64,000 nt of DNA from the NCBI GenBank assembly GCA_973895155.1, contig OZ316896.1:10613525-10677524 (forward strand). The letters are read 5' to 3'. Positions within the stretch are counted from its first letter, which is position 1, and each line of letters begins with the position of its first letter. Position numbers and translations under genes: made by a program. This document shows positions 1 to 13,433 of the stretch, piece by piece. The notes under the pieces are model-generated. The model made no database searches. It was not told the DNA's origin and saw nothing but the letters and a program-made list of their open reading frames with translations. This DNA is from Marsupella aquatica (taxonomy: Eukaryota; Plantae; Marchantiophyta).

Positions 1-71
1 AAATCGGAATATCTAACCCTTGCCAAGAACTCTACACTTGTAATTCCTTGTAAAAAATGCTCTCATTGCCT

Positions 72-3000
72 TCACTGTGACATCTTTAAATGTACTTTCC
101 AATACAATCTTCTTTCAATTTCACTCATGGAGCGAGAAAGCATAACAATTTTCACCAAAGAATAAAAACCCTCATGAAGTAATGCACCAACTATGGCACA
201 AGCCCCAAATAATGTGTCATACACCATGTCTGCATATAGTGATGTCACTGCCATTTGAAATCCTTCATTTGACACGTTGGGGTCCAGACTTATAATACTC
301 AGGCATTATCTCCTCCATGCTCTCAACTAGACTCCTCCTTCAGTCTTGAGGACCAGTAATAAGGGATTGCATTAAATTGTACCTGCAATAATATGTGTCA
401 TGTCTCCTATCACATAGGCTTGCTGAACCCAAATGATTCCAATTCATTTGAGTTCATATTCTCAAAAAAATCCCCCAAATCAAGAAGGTACATAACCCAC
501 CTAAAGTGTGTTCTCCTCGGATTGTAAACATGCCAATGAATGAACTCATTTCCTTTCATAGATGGTATATTAAACTAATAGTGTTTAGAGTTCTGAAAAA
601 AATAATAACTTAGTAGAGAATATGCAAAATCATGTACAAACAATCAAAAATTGGGAATGTTAAGTACCACATAGGTCAAAATCCTCAAAAATCCTCTGTA
701 TATATTGATGACTTTTGCTGCAACACTTGCATGTGAATTTCATCCTTTGATGGACAAATGCCCATTGCATGAGCAATAGTTGCCATTGTCATTGGACGTT
801 GTACTTGTTGTTTCTTTAAAACAAGAAGAAACCTGAGTTGACCAACCACACGCACCTACAAAACCAGTCATGGAAAAAGTTACTTATATTGTTCAACATT
901 ATGACACAATGCACTCTGTCTATTAAAAATTTTCTAGTCTCATACTTCAAATTGGTAATAGTAATTAAGTGATTCAGGGTTATGTAAATCATTATGGAAG
1001 GGGGCCATCAATGAAAATAGGTGCTAGTCTCACATCTTTTTTGGATATCTCTGTAAAAAAAAATTAGATGTAAGGTGATGAAGTCCGAAAGTACCCTGCT
1101 TGAAAACCTCATGGAACTCCTGCAATTGAGTCATGATGTGACATGAACAAATGTAATTTCATACTTAATCATTGAGTAAATAATGTCAAAAATCCATCAT
1201 TGAGCTAATGAACTTCAAAGATTTGCACTAAGACAACTTACTGAAGAACCATTGAATAAACTTTTCCAAGCCCCAATAAGAAATCGAGTTGCGACACCAC
1301 CGGCATCCAGTGTCAAATTCATCCAATGTTGCTTCACCATCATGCATCACATAGGTCAGTTTTGCTGAGAAGTCAGCAAATATTTGTTGTTTCTTCATGG
1401 CATTTTGACACATCTTTCGAATCACAGACAATTCATCTCCATCGTAGAACTACACATACCATGACAAAAGTGTACAATTAGTTTACCTCAATCAATCATT
1501 ACTTTGTGAAAACCATTCATTGTCAACAAAACCAACAAAAGTAAAGCTATATAGGTCTATCCATGTATAATAGCCTGAACGCGTATCTAAAATGTTACCT
1601 GAATCTATATACATGTGGTACTTGCCGTTGGAATCGTCAAAATTGAAATAGTCCATTGTCAGAGATTTGATGGACTCTCAACGACACAATGCTTTGTAAT
1701 TTTTGTCTCTTTTTTGGCCTTTATGTACAAATCATCACAGTTTATTTGCAGTGGTGATGAAGGGCATTTTCCAATCCAGTCAATATATTCTTCTCATAGT
1801 GAGATGATCTGGGCTTCTGAAAATTTGCCCTTGGCAAATGAGTTTGGGCAATCCCTATCATAAGCAATCCAAGAATTTGTTGAATTATTACATATCAACA
1901 AATCCCTCAATGGACCCTGCTTAAGTTGAATGATTGCAAAGTAAAATTTTAAAATTGGTAGCAAGAGAATCCAATGGAGATGAGATGCAAGCTTTTGGTA
2001 ATTAATAAAATATACTTAGGAGGAAAAGTTTTCAGAATGACTAGCAAGAGAATTGCATAATAAGTTGATGAGGAAATCAAAAGGTCAACATTAAGGAGAA
2101 TCCCCATGAACAACTTAAAAAATGCATACCACAAAAATAAAACTTTCAAAAGCAATAGCAGACAAACATGGGAATAAGCCGATGGATAGATAGAAACCAA
2201 AAGGTCACAAAAATACACAACAGGAACTATGCTTTATATCAGAAACAATAGCAAGCAAACATTTGAATAAGTTGATTAATAAATCGAAACCAAAAGGTCA
2301 CAGAAATCCATTACAAATATAAAGCTTGCAAAACCAATGACAAACAAGCATTTGAATAAGTTGATGAGGCAGGGAAATAGAAAGGCCAAAAAATCCACCA
2401 CGAATGCCGGAAAATCAAAATTTTAGAAAACCTACTTTTATGACATAAATTTAGGATCCAAGAAAATTTAACACTATATATAATTAAGGCACGATGAATG
2501 CAAGAAAATCAAAGTTAATTTTAGAAATTAAAGTTAAGTTCATGAACTAACACCCCAATGATCGACAATGAAGACAGACATAAGTACTAGATCAGCCAGG
2601 CTAGCCAAATGATCATAAGTATGGACATAAAGGAATTGAACATTTGGAAGATCAATAATAGAGAAGGTAGTCTATACATACCTGAAAATGTGCAATGATG
2701 TCTCCAAATTAACACAAATAGATTTGGGATCAAGCCCCGGATCAAGCTCTTTTGTGAGTTTTTGTAGTTGTTCCCAAGCTTGTCATCTTGGAATTGCTCA
2801 TCCACCAAAATACTTCTCAAAATCAAACTTGGTATATGTACTCAAGCATTCTAACATATCCAGCATAGGTGCAACTTCATCCTCGAGCATTGCCTGTGTT
2901 AGTCCAAGTTTAGCATCTCTTCGATGTTGGAGGAATTCAATGTGGTGGCCAGCATTCCCACCTATTTCACTGCGTTCCTCTTGTAAGACAACATCAAAAC

Positions 3001-3700
3001 TTTGCCAAAACATCTCCTCTACTTCATCCGTTGACAATCCACAGTCAGAATTATACCTCTATCAAATTCCAAGAGTCGTTCTCTTGTTGTACAATAGGCT
3101 TTCAAGAAGGCGGTTGTTTCATTCCCCCAATCTATGGCATCGTCTTCCAATTCACCAATTGGTTCAACAACAAAATGTTGTGGTCCCCCACTCAGGGTGT
3201 ACCATGGACCTGTTCAAAGTTATACCCCAAATACAAGTGTGAGTACGTTTACATTAGGTGGCCTAGATTGACATTTGCCATGAACAATTGCAACAAGCTG
3301 TCAAAAGAATGTTTGGGTACCACAAAATTTGGAAGTTTGAGGAGAAAGGCCAAACACGTTGGTCGCCAAAATCAGAAGTCTCTCTAGGCAGCTTTAATAG
3401 TTTTAGCATGCATGCCTTCCTACTATACATCAACAAGTGTCATCCATGCAATATGAGAACCCTCACAAATTTGTGGTCAATTACGTGAGGTAGCCATGAA
3501 TGTGGGAAACAATTGACATAATGTAGTATAGTATGACAATTTTCAAAGGGATTGTCATAGGTGCGTCCCCGTTTCCGATCAATGCACTTCGACGGTTACA
3601 TCCCACTTGCTAGCTTTGCATGAACTCCCCTTTTTCTCTAGAAGTTTGGCTGCAATTTCGCACCCATGGCGACATAACATTTACTTAGGTCAATGCAACC
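72..3700 (-). pseudogene. Decayed multi-exon gene; C-terminal part weakly resembles a beta-class N4/N6 DNA methyltransferase
   Basis: Several minus-strand coding-like fragments (2798-3037, 1228-1431, 72-275) are separated by AT-rich intron-like tracts and contain stops and frameshifts. One exon reads KKDVRLAPIFIDGP[frameshift]FHNDLHNP (~1050-975, DPPY-like) and a later one reads SLYADMVYDTLFGACAIVGALLHEG (motif I-like). The family call is speculative. Confidence 0.3.
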
Positions 3701-5469
3701 TTGCGGACTGGTCACACATAAATTATTACTTTGCAATAATCTAGCATGCATTATTGGAAGACAAGATTTCAAACTTGTTTAAGCAATTGAACTTATGCAC
3801 AGGGCTAGGTTTTCCCTTCTAGTAAGGTCAATTTGGGAGGTGCATACAAGCTTCATTATGGGATTATAGTTGCATTAATTCAAATGGTTTGCAAGGCAAG
3901 TACCAAGGTCCTGACATCTAGGCACTTGAGGGAGAGAATATAGAATTTGGCACTTACACCACTGACAAAACTATTTACACTAGACATTAATTTACTCCCG
4001 GACAGACCTTACTTATTGTTGAAGGAATTTGCAAAGCATCAACTATATACATGAAGTTAGCTGTAGATAGTACTTGGATGAGCAAACCTACACAAAGGAC
4101 AAAGAGAGGGAATTAAGACAAAGGTCAACTTCAATGTACAACGCAATGATACATTTGCAATTTTCTCGAACTCTTCCTCCCCCACATCTTTCTGGCGGTA
4201 GTCTTAGAGCATTGACATGGCATTGGCATCAACAATTGACATTCCTTTTCAGGCCACCTCGGCTCCAAGTTTGCTCCTACTTTTGTCAAGATTGTACTAT
4301 ATCTAGCTTGTATAGCCTACCTTCCAGTATACTGCACCTAGTAACGGCTTCAAAGGAAATGTCTTCAGGTACTTAGTAAGTACGTTGTGCTTTTACAGAG
4401 CAAAATAGGAGGCCATATTAATTAGTGACACTTCATGTTTGTAGGATCACAAGTGTAGAACATCTTCAGAATTACTATGTTTCTTGGAGTTCTCCTGCAC
4501 TTGGTGAATTATGACAATATTTGGATAGATCAAGAGCCGAGCTTTAAGCAAATACACATGCATTAGCCTGGATGCTTATGTCATCCAACAATTCAACATT
4601 TAGGCTTAAATTGTAAGAGCAACAACAATCAATCATAATACTTATCGTGTGTGATCAATCTAGTTCACAATTGCAATTTGAGGATGAGAGTGAGGGGCTA
4701 TGCACAGAAGAGGCTAGGACTGAATTGTAAGCACATTTGAGAAGCACTGGCTAAGCACACAAAATCAGTGGCAACCCATCTCCATCAACAAATTAACGGC
4801 TACTTCAGGAAGGGTAAGGGTAAGAATGAGCTGAAGGAAGAGAGAGCATTGAGCATTGAGCTAAGTTGTTGTATATCAAGCGGCACTTTGCAGGGTCACA
4901 GGATTGCACATTGCCAATTTGCAAGTAGTAAATTCGTCACAGCCTCAATCCCCTACATAGTTCCTTGTATACTATGCAGCAGGTAATGACAGAGCAGGGA
5001 CACACGCTCCTTGGTGCTTTCAACACATATTAGAGGGTAGGATTGAGTTGTTATAGCAAATCCCAATCTTTGCTAAAGTCTCACATTCTGAAGGGCAGTA
5101 TTATGAAGGGCCGATGCACATACAAGATAGCCCAATTATAGATGCATATTTAGGCATGTTCATTGACCAAGGCTAATAATACCTCTCTATGATGCCTCCA
5201 GCCTTGGACTCAGACTGTCGGGTTCCAATACAAAGGGATGTTGTATAGAGGACTTCACCATCGCGCACTTTATTTTGGCGCCTTGAAGAGTCTTGGACCA
5301 GCGGAAAATGTGTCCATTTCTAACTTGCCCCACCTTGAGGCCAATTGTTGGTGGTTGTTGTAAATGGATTTGTAATGGTAAAGTTGATGGTGTACCTATG
5401 GATCTCATGATCACCAAAACTTAGCTCAAACAATACCAATTGAAGGAGAAAGTCTTTAATTACCCTATT

Positions 5470-5823
5470 GGTGGATTGCATGATTGAGGACTACCATTTT
5501 AGTCCTTTTTTCTCCATAAGAAAGGACTCCATGAGCACTTAATAGGAGTCCATGAGCATTGAATTTGCCATATATCCCTTGATGGCTAGGATTGAGTAGT
5601 TGAGATTGAAAGGTTAGATCTTGCATGCCAAGTCTTTTGGAAGTGTGTCCACACTTCTTGAAAGTCCTTACCTCTTGGAAGTGTGCCCAACATTTGTGGA
5701 AGTGTGTCATGAAATATTTTTTATCTAAGATGTGCCAATCTTGGCCGTTGACAGTCCTTGATTTAGTGAAAGGATTGGAGACTTTTTTGCCTCCTTTGGT
5801 AGTCCTCAATCATGCAATCCACC
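5470..5823. mobile_element. MITE-like element with perfect 27-bp terminal inverted repeats
   Basis: GGTGGATTGCATGATTGAGGACTACCA (5470-5496) and its exact reverse complement (5797-5823), with TATT on both flanks (5466-5469, 5824-5827). Confidence 0.6.
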
Positions 5824-6940
5824 TATTGTTTTCCTTTTTTGAACTCATTAATAAGCACATCCTCTTACAATCTACAGTGCGGATAATTCTCACATTTGTT
5901 GGTAGTGAGGTTGAATCCAACCATCTTCTTGGTGAGTGAGGCCACTCTATTGATCGATCAAACAAATGGCATAATTAAGTATCGTTTACTTTTAGACTTC
6001 TTGGCCGGGCTTGACAAAATGATAATATATAGAGTATGTTACATTGTATACTAGATACAGAGTGAGCAATATACCTGTTAGTAATTCTGTTGAGTCTGCC
6101 AAGTTGGACCTCCCATCCAACCAGCTTGAGGTGCCATCCAATGTTTCCAATTGAGATGTTGAGATACAGCAGTTTGAGCTCTCTGCTTGTGTATCAGAGT
6201 TCCAAGATTGTGATGGAGTTTCCAGAGGTTCTGACTCACGTTGAATTGGCTCATGCTTTGTTTCCAAAGCATCATCTAAACGACAAGATGCACCTTACGT
6301 TGTCAAATTTCAATCAATCTTTTGTATACCGGGCTGTACTCAAACAATACATGAGAGGTTTGCAACTTTCTTACCTTTTGCAACATGACCTTGATTTGTT
6401 TGCCCATTTGTTTGTCGAGTAGATCTGCGGCCTCCTTGTGAAGGCACAATCTTAGTTGCCCTTGTATTAGCCACTGCTTCCACATGGTAGCACTGGCTAA
6501 TTTGTTGTGGGGTCATCTGGTGAGTAGGATCCTAGATGTAGACCGCAATGAAAACTTAGTTACACAATAAATGTAAATAAATTATTTAAAAATACATTAA
6601 AAATAAATTTAAAATTAAGATAAATTAAATTGTAAATTTAATTTATGATATATCATGGGATGATATATCAAGGCTTGCTTAGACCAAAATCAATGTATTG
6701 TTGAAAAATTATAAGTTTTTGAAAATGCCAATTGATAGAATGTAAATACTTAGAACCCATTGGGATCCAGACAAAAAAAGAGGCTATTAATGGCCAGCCT
6801 CATTCATATGCGATGTGCAATTCAAAATGAACAGTAACACAAATTTAAATTCTTGCAAAGGAGTCCTGCATGCATGCTTCTGGCATCCTTAATTAGAGGC
6901 CTAGGGTTGTCATTTGGCTTATAGAGAGCTAAGAGATATG

Positions 6941-7365
6941 CCTATACGCTCCTCATTTCATAAAACATATTAATGCATAATTTATGTTAAAGGTTTGAAC
7001 TAAAGTGTGAAGTGTCTTAGATCTACAACAAGAGTTCCAAAACAGGCCTCTACACTCCTAATTTCATAAAACATATTAATGCATGATTTATGTTAAAGGT
7101 TTGATTTAAAGTGTGAAGTGTCTTAGATCTACATCAAGAGTTCCAAAACAGGCCTCTACACTCTTCATTTCATAAAACATATTAATGCATGATTTATGTT
7201 AAAGGTTTGAACTAAAGTGTGAAGTGTCTTAGATCTACAACAAGAGTTCCAAAACAGGCCTCTACACTCTTTATTTCATAAAACATATTAATGCATAATT
7301 TATGTTAAAGGTTTGAACTAAAGTGTAAATTCAGTGTATTAAATGTACAACAAGAGTTCCAAAAT
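6941..7365. repeat. Tandem repeat, 4 x 106 bp
   Basis: Near-identical units start at 6941, 7047, 7153 and 7259 (CCTCTACACTC...CATAAAACATATTAATGCAT...CAAGAGTTCCAAAACAGG). Confidence 0.95.
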
Positions 7366-9160
7366 AAGTGGGAAAATAGATTGTATTCTTCTATTTGGGA
7401 TTCTCAACTTAGACATCCACTTGTCCTAGGTTACAATGCAATATTGTACAACTATATATGTTTGCTATAACCATTGGTACAATTTCAGCATTTATAAAGT
7501 ATCAATAAAAACAAACTTAAACTACTGGTGACCAAGGGGCTTAGCCCAAAGATTGAGCAAGCTACATGGCTACACGAGAGTGTGTATGTCCATTACTTTC
7601 ACTTTCTAAATTAACCACTCCTTTTTGAAGGACTGGAGATGGAGTTTAGAAGCTATTGACCCCAATCCCCAAAGTTTTCCTTCATCTATGACTAGCTCAA
7701 GAGTTATCATTTCCTATTGTTAAGTTAATTTCTTGGCCTTTCAACTCATTCCACATGATCTATGCATCCAACATATTCCAATTCACTACTTCTCATCTTC
7801 CCCCTCTACCTAAAGCCAACCAGGAGATATGTCTTCATACACACTCCTCAATGGCTCATATGTTGCAAAATTAAAGTACTTAGTTCATGTGTGTGCTACC
7901 TTGGTATTTATTGTTATTATATGTTATAAAAAATAAATATCAACAAATGTGCTAAAACTTGGTGGTCATTCCCGTGGATGAAGAAAATATGATGAAATGA
8001 ATGGTTTAACAAGTTTTTAGTGGCTTAAAGATGGAACTCACATCTAGCTATAAAGACAATCAACAATCAACAAGTCATGCAACATGTTCCATGGAAAAAA
8101 AAGATGACTCTCAAAGCCCATCCAACAAGTTGCCATCAATTCTAGTAACAATAAGAAGGGTGATAAGCAATTGCTGATCTTTTCAGCCATGGTACATTAA
8201 CAGTCCACACAACTTAAAGAACTTTTCTAATCTGCCCACAAGTAGTGCCTCCTTGCCTAGTTAGCTTACAATAGTGCTTATAAATTGCACTTTCCAACCA
8301 TGCACTCTTTAGCTGCTGGAAATAGGGATTGAGAGTTAAATGAAAATAATACAGTCATGTGCATGTGTGTTTAATGTGATGCCATGACCTCTACCTTTGG
8401 CTTAATGTTGCCTAATGTTGCCAATGAAGACCTCTCAATTAGAGAGGCCCTTAATTTGCCACATCTTGTACGACCTATAGCAAAATGAAAACAATAACTG
8501 AATTGGTAATGAATGAAAAGACAAAAATGCCACAACATGATAAGGGTCAAAGTGGAAGCTCAACCTTGCTATGCTGCTTTAGGTCTATTGATGAAGCATG
8601 ATACATGCAGGTAACTACATTTCTTTTAAGTGTGCAGTTTTTTCCTAAAATGCTAGCGACAAGTTTCTTTTGGTTCCTTGGAAAATTTTAAGAAGGACAA
8701 GAAAAATATTTTGATGCGATTGAACCTTTTTTTTAATATTTAAACTATTTTATTCAGATTTGATTTAAATTATTTTCTAAAAATGATTTCCTTGAGATAT
8801 CAAGAAAGTTCAGAATGTAATCAATCAAATGTGCCCCGATGTTAGTTATATACTTTCAAAAAATGAAATTTGATAAAAACTTTGCCCACCCGTGCTTCCT
8901 CAACAAGTCAATTATATTTGTTCCCTTTCTAATCTGAAAAAAACACTGCAAGTATATTGTGCCAACCATATGCATCTTCAGTCCCTTACTCACCCAACAA
9001 CTCAAAACCAAAGGATAAAGAGTGAGTACCGTGGAAATTTCTATGCAAAAAGAAATTATTGTAGCCATTAGTGGTGAATGGAATTTGGTCCCTCTTCCAC
9101 CATAGGATTGTAGCGACCCAATATTGTTGATCTTCCGCCAAGAACAAATTGGGTTCTTAT

Positions 9161-9779
9161 TGTTAAGTATTGCTCTTAGTCTTGTGACTCATAGGTTATG
9201 GTAATTAGGCCAATCATAGTTAGAGACTTAGCCGAGGTTAGGTTAGTCATGTGTGACCTTGCATATATCAGGGCTAGTGTAAGCTGCTGGTACACGGTTG
9301 CTCATTGTAACGAAACAACTCGAGGAAGAGAAAGAGCTTGTGTGTTCGACTACTCTGAAGTAAAGTTGGAGTGCTCGTGTGGACGTAGCCTTAGAGAAGA
9401 GGTAAACCATGTATATGGATTGTGTCAACTACGTGAGCATGGTATGAGTCATGATTGTATCGTCGTAAAGAAAAGCTGTACTATATACCAACTCTTACTT
9501 CCATATTGGACTTCCCAGTTACTTTCTCTCTAAGGGCTAGTCACTATATAAGGACGCATCACCTTCACATAAAAGGAAAGTGTAATCAAACAATAGCAGA
9601 ACCACTCTCATTTATAATTAAAAATAAGTCAATATATTGCATCTACTTCTTTTGCCTTTGTACCATTTGGACAAATTTTGTTTGTTCTTCATTATACTTT
9701 GTTTGGCCATTTTCTATGTAATATATTGTTGTAGTTGGACTTACTCTCACCACTTAAGAACCAATATGTGGGTCCAACA
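9161..9779. mobile_element. Possible solo LTR
   Basis: TGTTAAG...CCAACA termini, an internal TATATAAGG (~9545) and LTR-like composition. No matching TSD found. Confidence 0.35.
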
Positions 9780-10645
9780 GGTCCGCAGGATTGGTTTAAT
9801 TTGGTTTCATATGAACTTAATTTTAACTCTCAAAATTCTTGCAACATACTCAGGGTTTATGACATTGATACCCACTAATGTCGGGTGATTGGGTTTGGGT
9901 TTGATGGTTATGTTTTTTACTTAACATAAGGTAACCATAAAACACAATTTTGGATCGACCGAGTCACACTTCTCGTTTAGCTCGATTCCATTTTTTTCCA
10001 AGGCAATACAATCTCCAATAAAACGACCACAAAATCAGAAAAACATTAGTTGCCTACATTGTATCGCCGCAGGAATGCAGGGAGCGATATATGCATCGGG
10101 TTTAACATTTGGAACGTAAAAAAGTCTGAATTGCAAGTAACTTGGTCCCAACCATGTAATCGAGGGTCGATCCTGCAACTTCTGATAAAATAGCAATTAT
10201 AACACAAATAGGTGATTCATATGTAAGTTGAATAAGTTACTCTCTATACGACATTATGAAATAGAGTGCAAGAAGTTGTACACTATAATTTCACCAGCCT
10301 GGCCAGGCTATATCATATAAGCGCATTAAATAATTATAATGACATCAAAATGAAGTGCGCATTTGTGTGCTGGATCCACACAAAGTCTTCATTCTATAAA
10401 TTTATTGGAGTCTTCATTCTAATCCAAAGTTTGGTTTGTGATAGAGTCGGGTCATTCTAGATGAATGCAAAGTGCGATAAACTTATCGCACCCAACTGAC
10501 CAATATTATTCTTGAGTATTGTTTTGCGACTCATCTTACTCCATGATGTCGTAGTCTTTCTAAATGAAAATAATAGAGAACTTAGATATATTTCCTTGAA
10601 TATCCAGTTTGATTCTTAGATGTGAATCTTGGCAAAATTATGTAC

Positions 10646-10905
10646 TTTTGAAATTTGAGGGATAAATCTATCGATGTTGATATTTTAAAATATATTTTTT
10701 CATATGGATGTTTGTAGTTTTGGAATTTAAGAGATAAATTTATCTGATGTTGGTATTGCAAAATGAATTTTCTCCATATGGATGTTTGCACTTTTGGAAT
10801 TCAAGCAATAAATTTATCTAATGTTGGTATTGCAAAATAATATTTTTTCATATTAATAATTGCAGTTTTGGAATTTAAGCAATAAATTTATGGATGTTGG
10901 TATTG
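10646..10905. repeat. Degenerate tandem repeat, about 4 x 74 bp
   Basis: Recurring TTTTGGAATTTAAG.ATAAATTTAT...ATGTTGGTATTGCAAAAT units. Confidence 0.8.
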
Positions 10906-11536
10906 TCGACAAGTATTTTTGTCATCCAAAGTTTTTACAATAGTTTTATCGGATTGCACATTGCGGTTGCGATAACGGCATGTTGACTATACATGTGTGT
11001 GGTTACTATAGTCTATTGTGGAGGTAACTATGAGGTAAATTTGACAAACCATGCGGTAACTTCATGTCGATTGTCATATAAAAAAGTTATGGTAAATAAC
11101 AAAAAATAGAAAGAATTGGAATTTGGTAAGAATTTTCATGATTGAAATCCGGAGTCCGATCCGAGTATCGGAATTTGTTCAAAAAATGGATATGAATTTC
11201 TAGATCAGACCATTCATATATTTTTAGAGAGCATGAATTTTGATTTGACGAACCCTTTTAGGGTCTAATTTTTCCATGATAAATTTAATGTTTGTGACCA
11301 TGAATTTAAGTGGTTTTGACCATTTTCAAATTTCTTGATTCAATCCAAACTCCGATAAAAATTACATTATTTTCTCAAAAATTGGTTTTTTCATGAGGAA
11401 AAATATCAATTTTGCAAGATTTGAAGGAAAATGAAAACACACTTCTTGTTTGCAAAAATAGTTATTACTCGATCTAAAATCTTGTTATAAGGAACCTTGT
11501 AAAATAAGCCTTTCATGGTTATGTTCCATATGATTA

Positions 11537-11680
11537 TCTTATAAAATAATTCAAAACAAAAACACAAATAAAAAATCTCAATAAGATAAATTAAGTAACT
11601 TGAGTAAGCTCCAAAACAAGATAACTATACCCATTGAGATTTATTATATATGTTTTTGTTTTGAATTATTTTAGACAAGA
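11537..11680. repeat. Small AT-rich fold-back (imperfect ~41-bp inverted repeat)
   Basis: TAAAATAATTCAAAACAAAAACAC...AAATCTCAAT pairs with ATTGAGATTT...TGTTTTTGTTTTGAATTATTTTA across a ~50-bp spacer. Confidence 0.65.
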
Positions 11681-12229
11681 CGTATTCTTTGTATTTTTAG
11701 ACTTTCGTATTATCTCCCCTTCCCCGCCTCTTAATATTCTCATAACTTTTTTAGAGCCCCCCTTCAACTGTATATTTATTTTTCAATCTTGCCAATCATT
11801 TGTTAACTGTATGTGTTGTTTTATCTTTATATTCAAGTTCTAATTAATTATCATGGATTATACATACCCTAAGATCTATATTCTCAAGAGACCCATTTGT
11901 GACAAAAAGGACTAATTCTTGGTCCACTACAGGAAGCTTTGCACAAGTAAAAAATATATAAGTGTATTATGTGGTTAAAAACACGTTTGTCATGTAGCCC
12001 CCTAATATCTCACCTATTCCTTTTGTCAATGCACTCATAAGTGCATGTCCATTCTCTAGGGCCAATAGTTTCAAACCAATGTATCAGGAGTTCATTTCAA
12101 CCCAGCCTGAGGGGGGAGATTCAGAGCCGTCAAGGAAATCAACTGCCAACACTTTGTCACACACTAAAGTTGTTGGACCTGGCAAACACACCCTCAAAAT
12201 TGGTCGAACACTCATTTGAATCCTTGCAA

Positions 12230-13300
12230 AAGAGAAGTCAAAATAGACTCGGCAAGCAATAGTACTCCTTGGAGCGTATAATTTTTCATTTCTCAACCAA
12301 AGCTCTGTTGTGCTCTAACTTCACTAGGATGTTGTCTAGTACTGGTATGTATTGACAAAGTTTGGTCTCATTCTGTCTAGGGAATGGGCTCTAGAAATTT
12401 CACAATCTTTGGTTTTATCTCTCAAACAATGCTTATCTTAGTGAGCATTTTACTCCTAAGTAGTTGAAAGTAGGGATATTCGGCAGTTAAGACTCCTATC
12501 ATACCATCATTGTATTAGGGACCTAGCTAAGATAACAATGTGTACCTGGATTTATTTGCAGATCTAGCAAGTCAGAGTTGGTTTTGATAGTGACAAGGGA
12601 GAGAAGTCGAAGGTGGCTTAGGAGACAAGAGTACCCCCTGTAGCGTTTGATTTTTAATTTCTCAACCAAAGCTTCGTTCGTGCTCTAACTTCATCAGAAC
12701 GTTGTCTACTGTCTTGAATATGTACACACAAAGTTTGGTCTCATTCCAAGTTGGGAATGTGGCTCTAGAAATTTCACAATCACTAGTTCTATCTCTTAAA
12801 CGCTGGTTACTTTAGTGAGTAGTTGATAACAAGGACATTCGGTAGCTACGACTCCTATCATACCACCATCTTGTTAAGGACCTAGCTAAGAAACCAATGT
12901 GTACTTGAACTTGTTTGCACATCTAGAAAATCAAAGTTGGTTCCAATAGTGGCAAGGGAGAGAAGTCGAAGGTGGCTTAAAAGGTAGGAGTATCCCCCAA
13001 AACGTCTGATTTTTCATTTATCAACCAAAGCTCCACTTGTGCTGTAACTTCACCACAACATTGTTTACTACTTGGGGTATGTACACGCAAAGTTTGGTCT
13101 TATTCTATTCAAGGAATGTGGTTTTAGAAATTTCAGAATCTCTGGTTCTATGTCTCAAAAGCTACTTACTTTAGTGAACATATTATTTGTGAATAGTTGA
13201 AAGTAGGGACATTAGGCAACTACAACTTCTATCATACCACCATCTTGTTAGGAACCTGGCTAAGAGGACAACATGGACTTGAACTTGTTGCGCAGATTGA
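12230..13300. repeat. Tandem repeat, about 3 x 360-370 bp
   Basis: TCAACCAAAGCT...CTAACTTCA...AAAGTTTGGTCT...TAGAAATTTCA recurs near 12292, 12661 and 13021. Confidence 0.9.
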
Positions 13301-13433
13301 AGTATGCAACTAATTTGTACATAAAACTTGAATAATAGTATTAGTTTGTGTATTATGAATGATTTGTTGGAAGTTATGATTTCAATATTTTTTGTGATTT
13401 ATAACAATTAGTTTTGATTATGGATGTGCAGGC

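Noticed and set aside
2688-3242. 184-aa + strand ORF
   Set aside because: Ser-rich antisense shadow of the minus-strand coding remnant, with no recognisable domain.
6941-7365. Regularly spaced repeats resembling a CRISPR array
   Set aside because: Whole 106-bp units are repeated with no unique spacers, there are no cas genes, and the context is eukaryotic.
8856-9900. Retrotransposon pol fragments flanking the putative solo LTR
   Set aside because: No RT, RNase H or integrase motifs found, and no PBS, PPT or TSD at the LTR-like ends.
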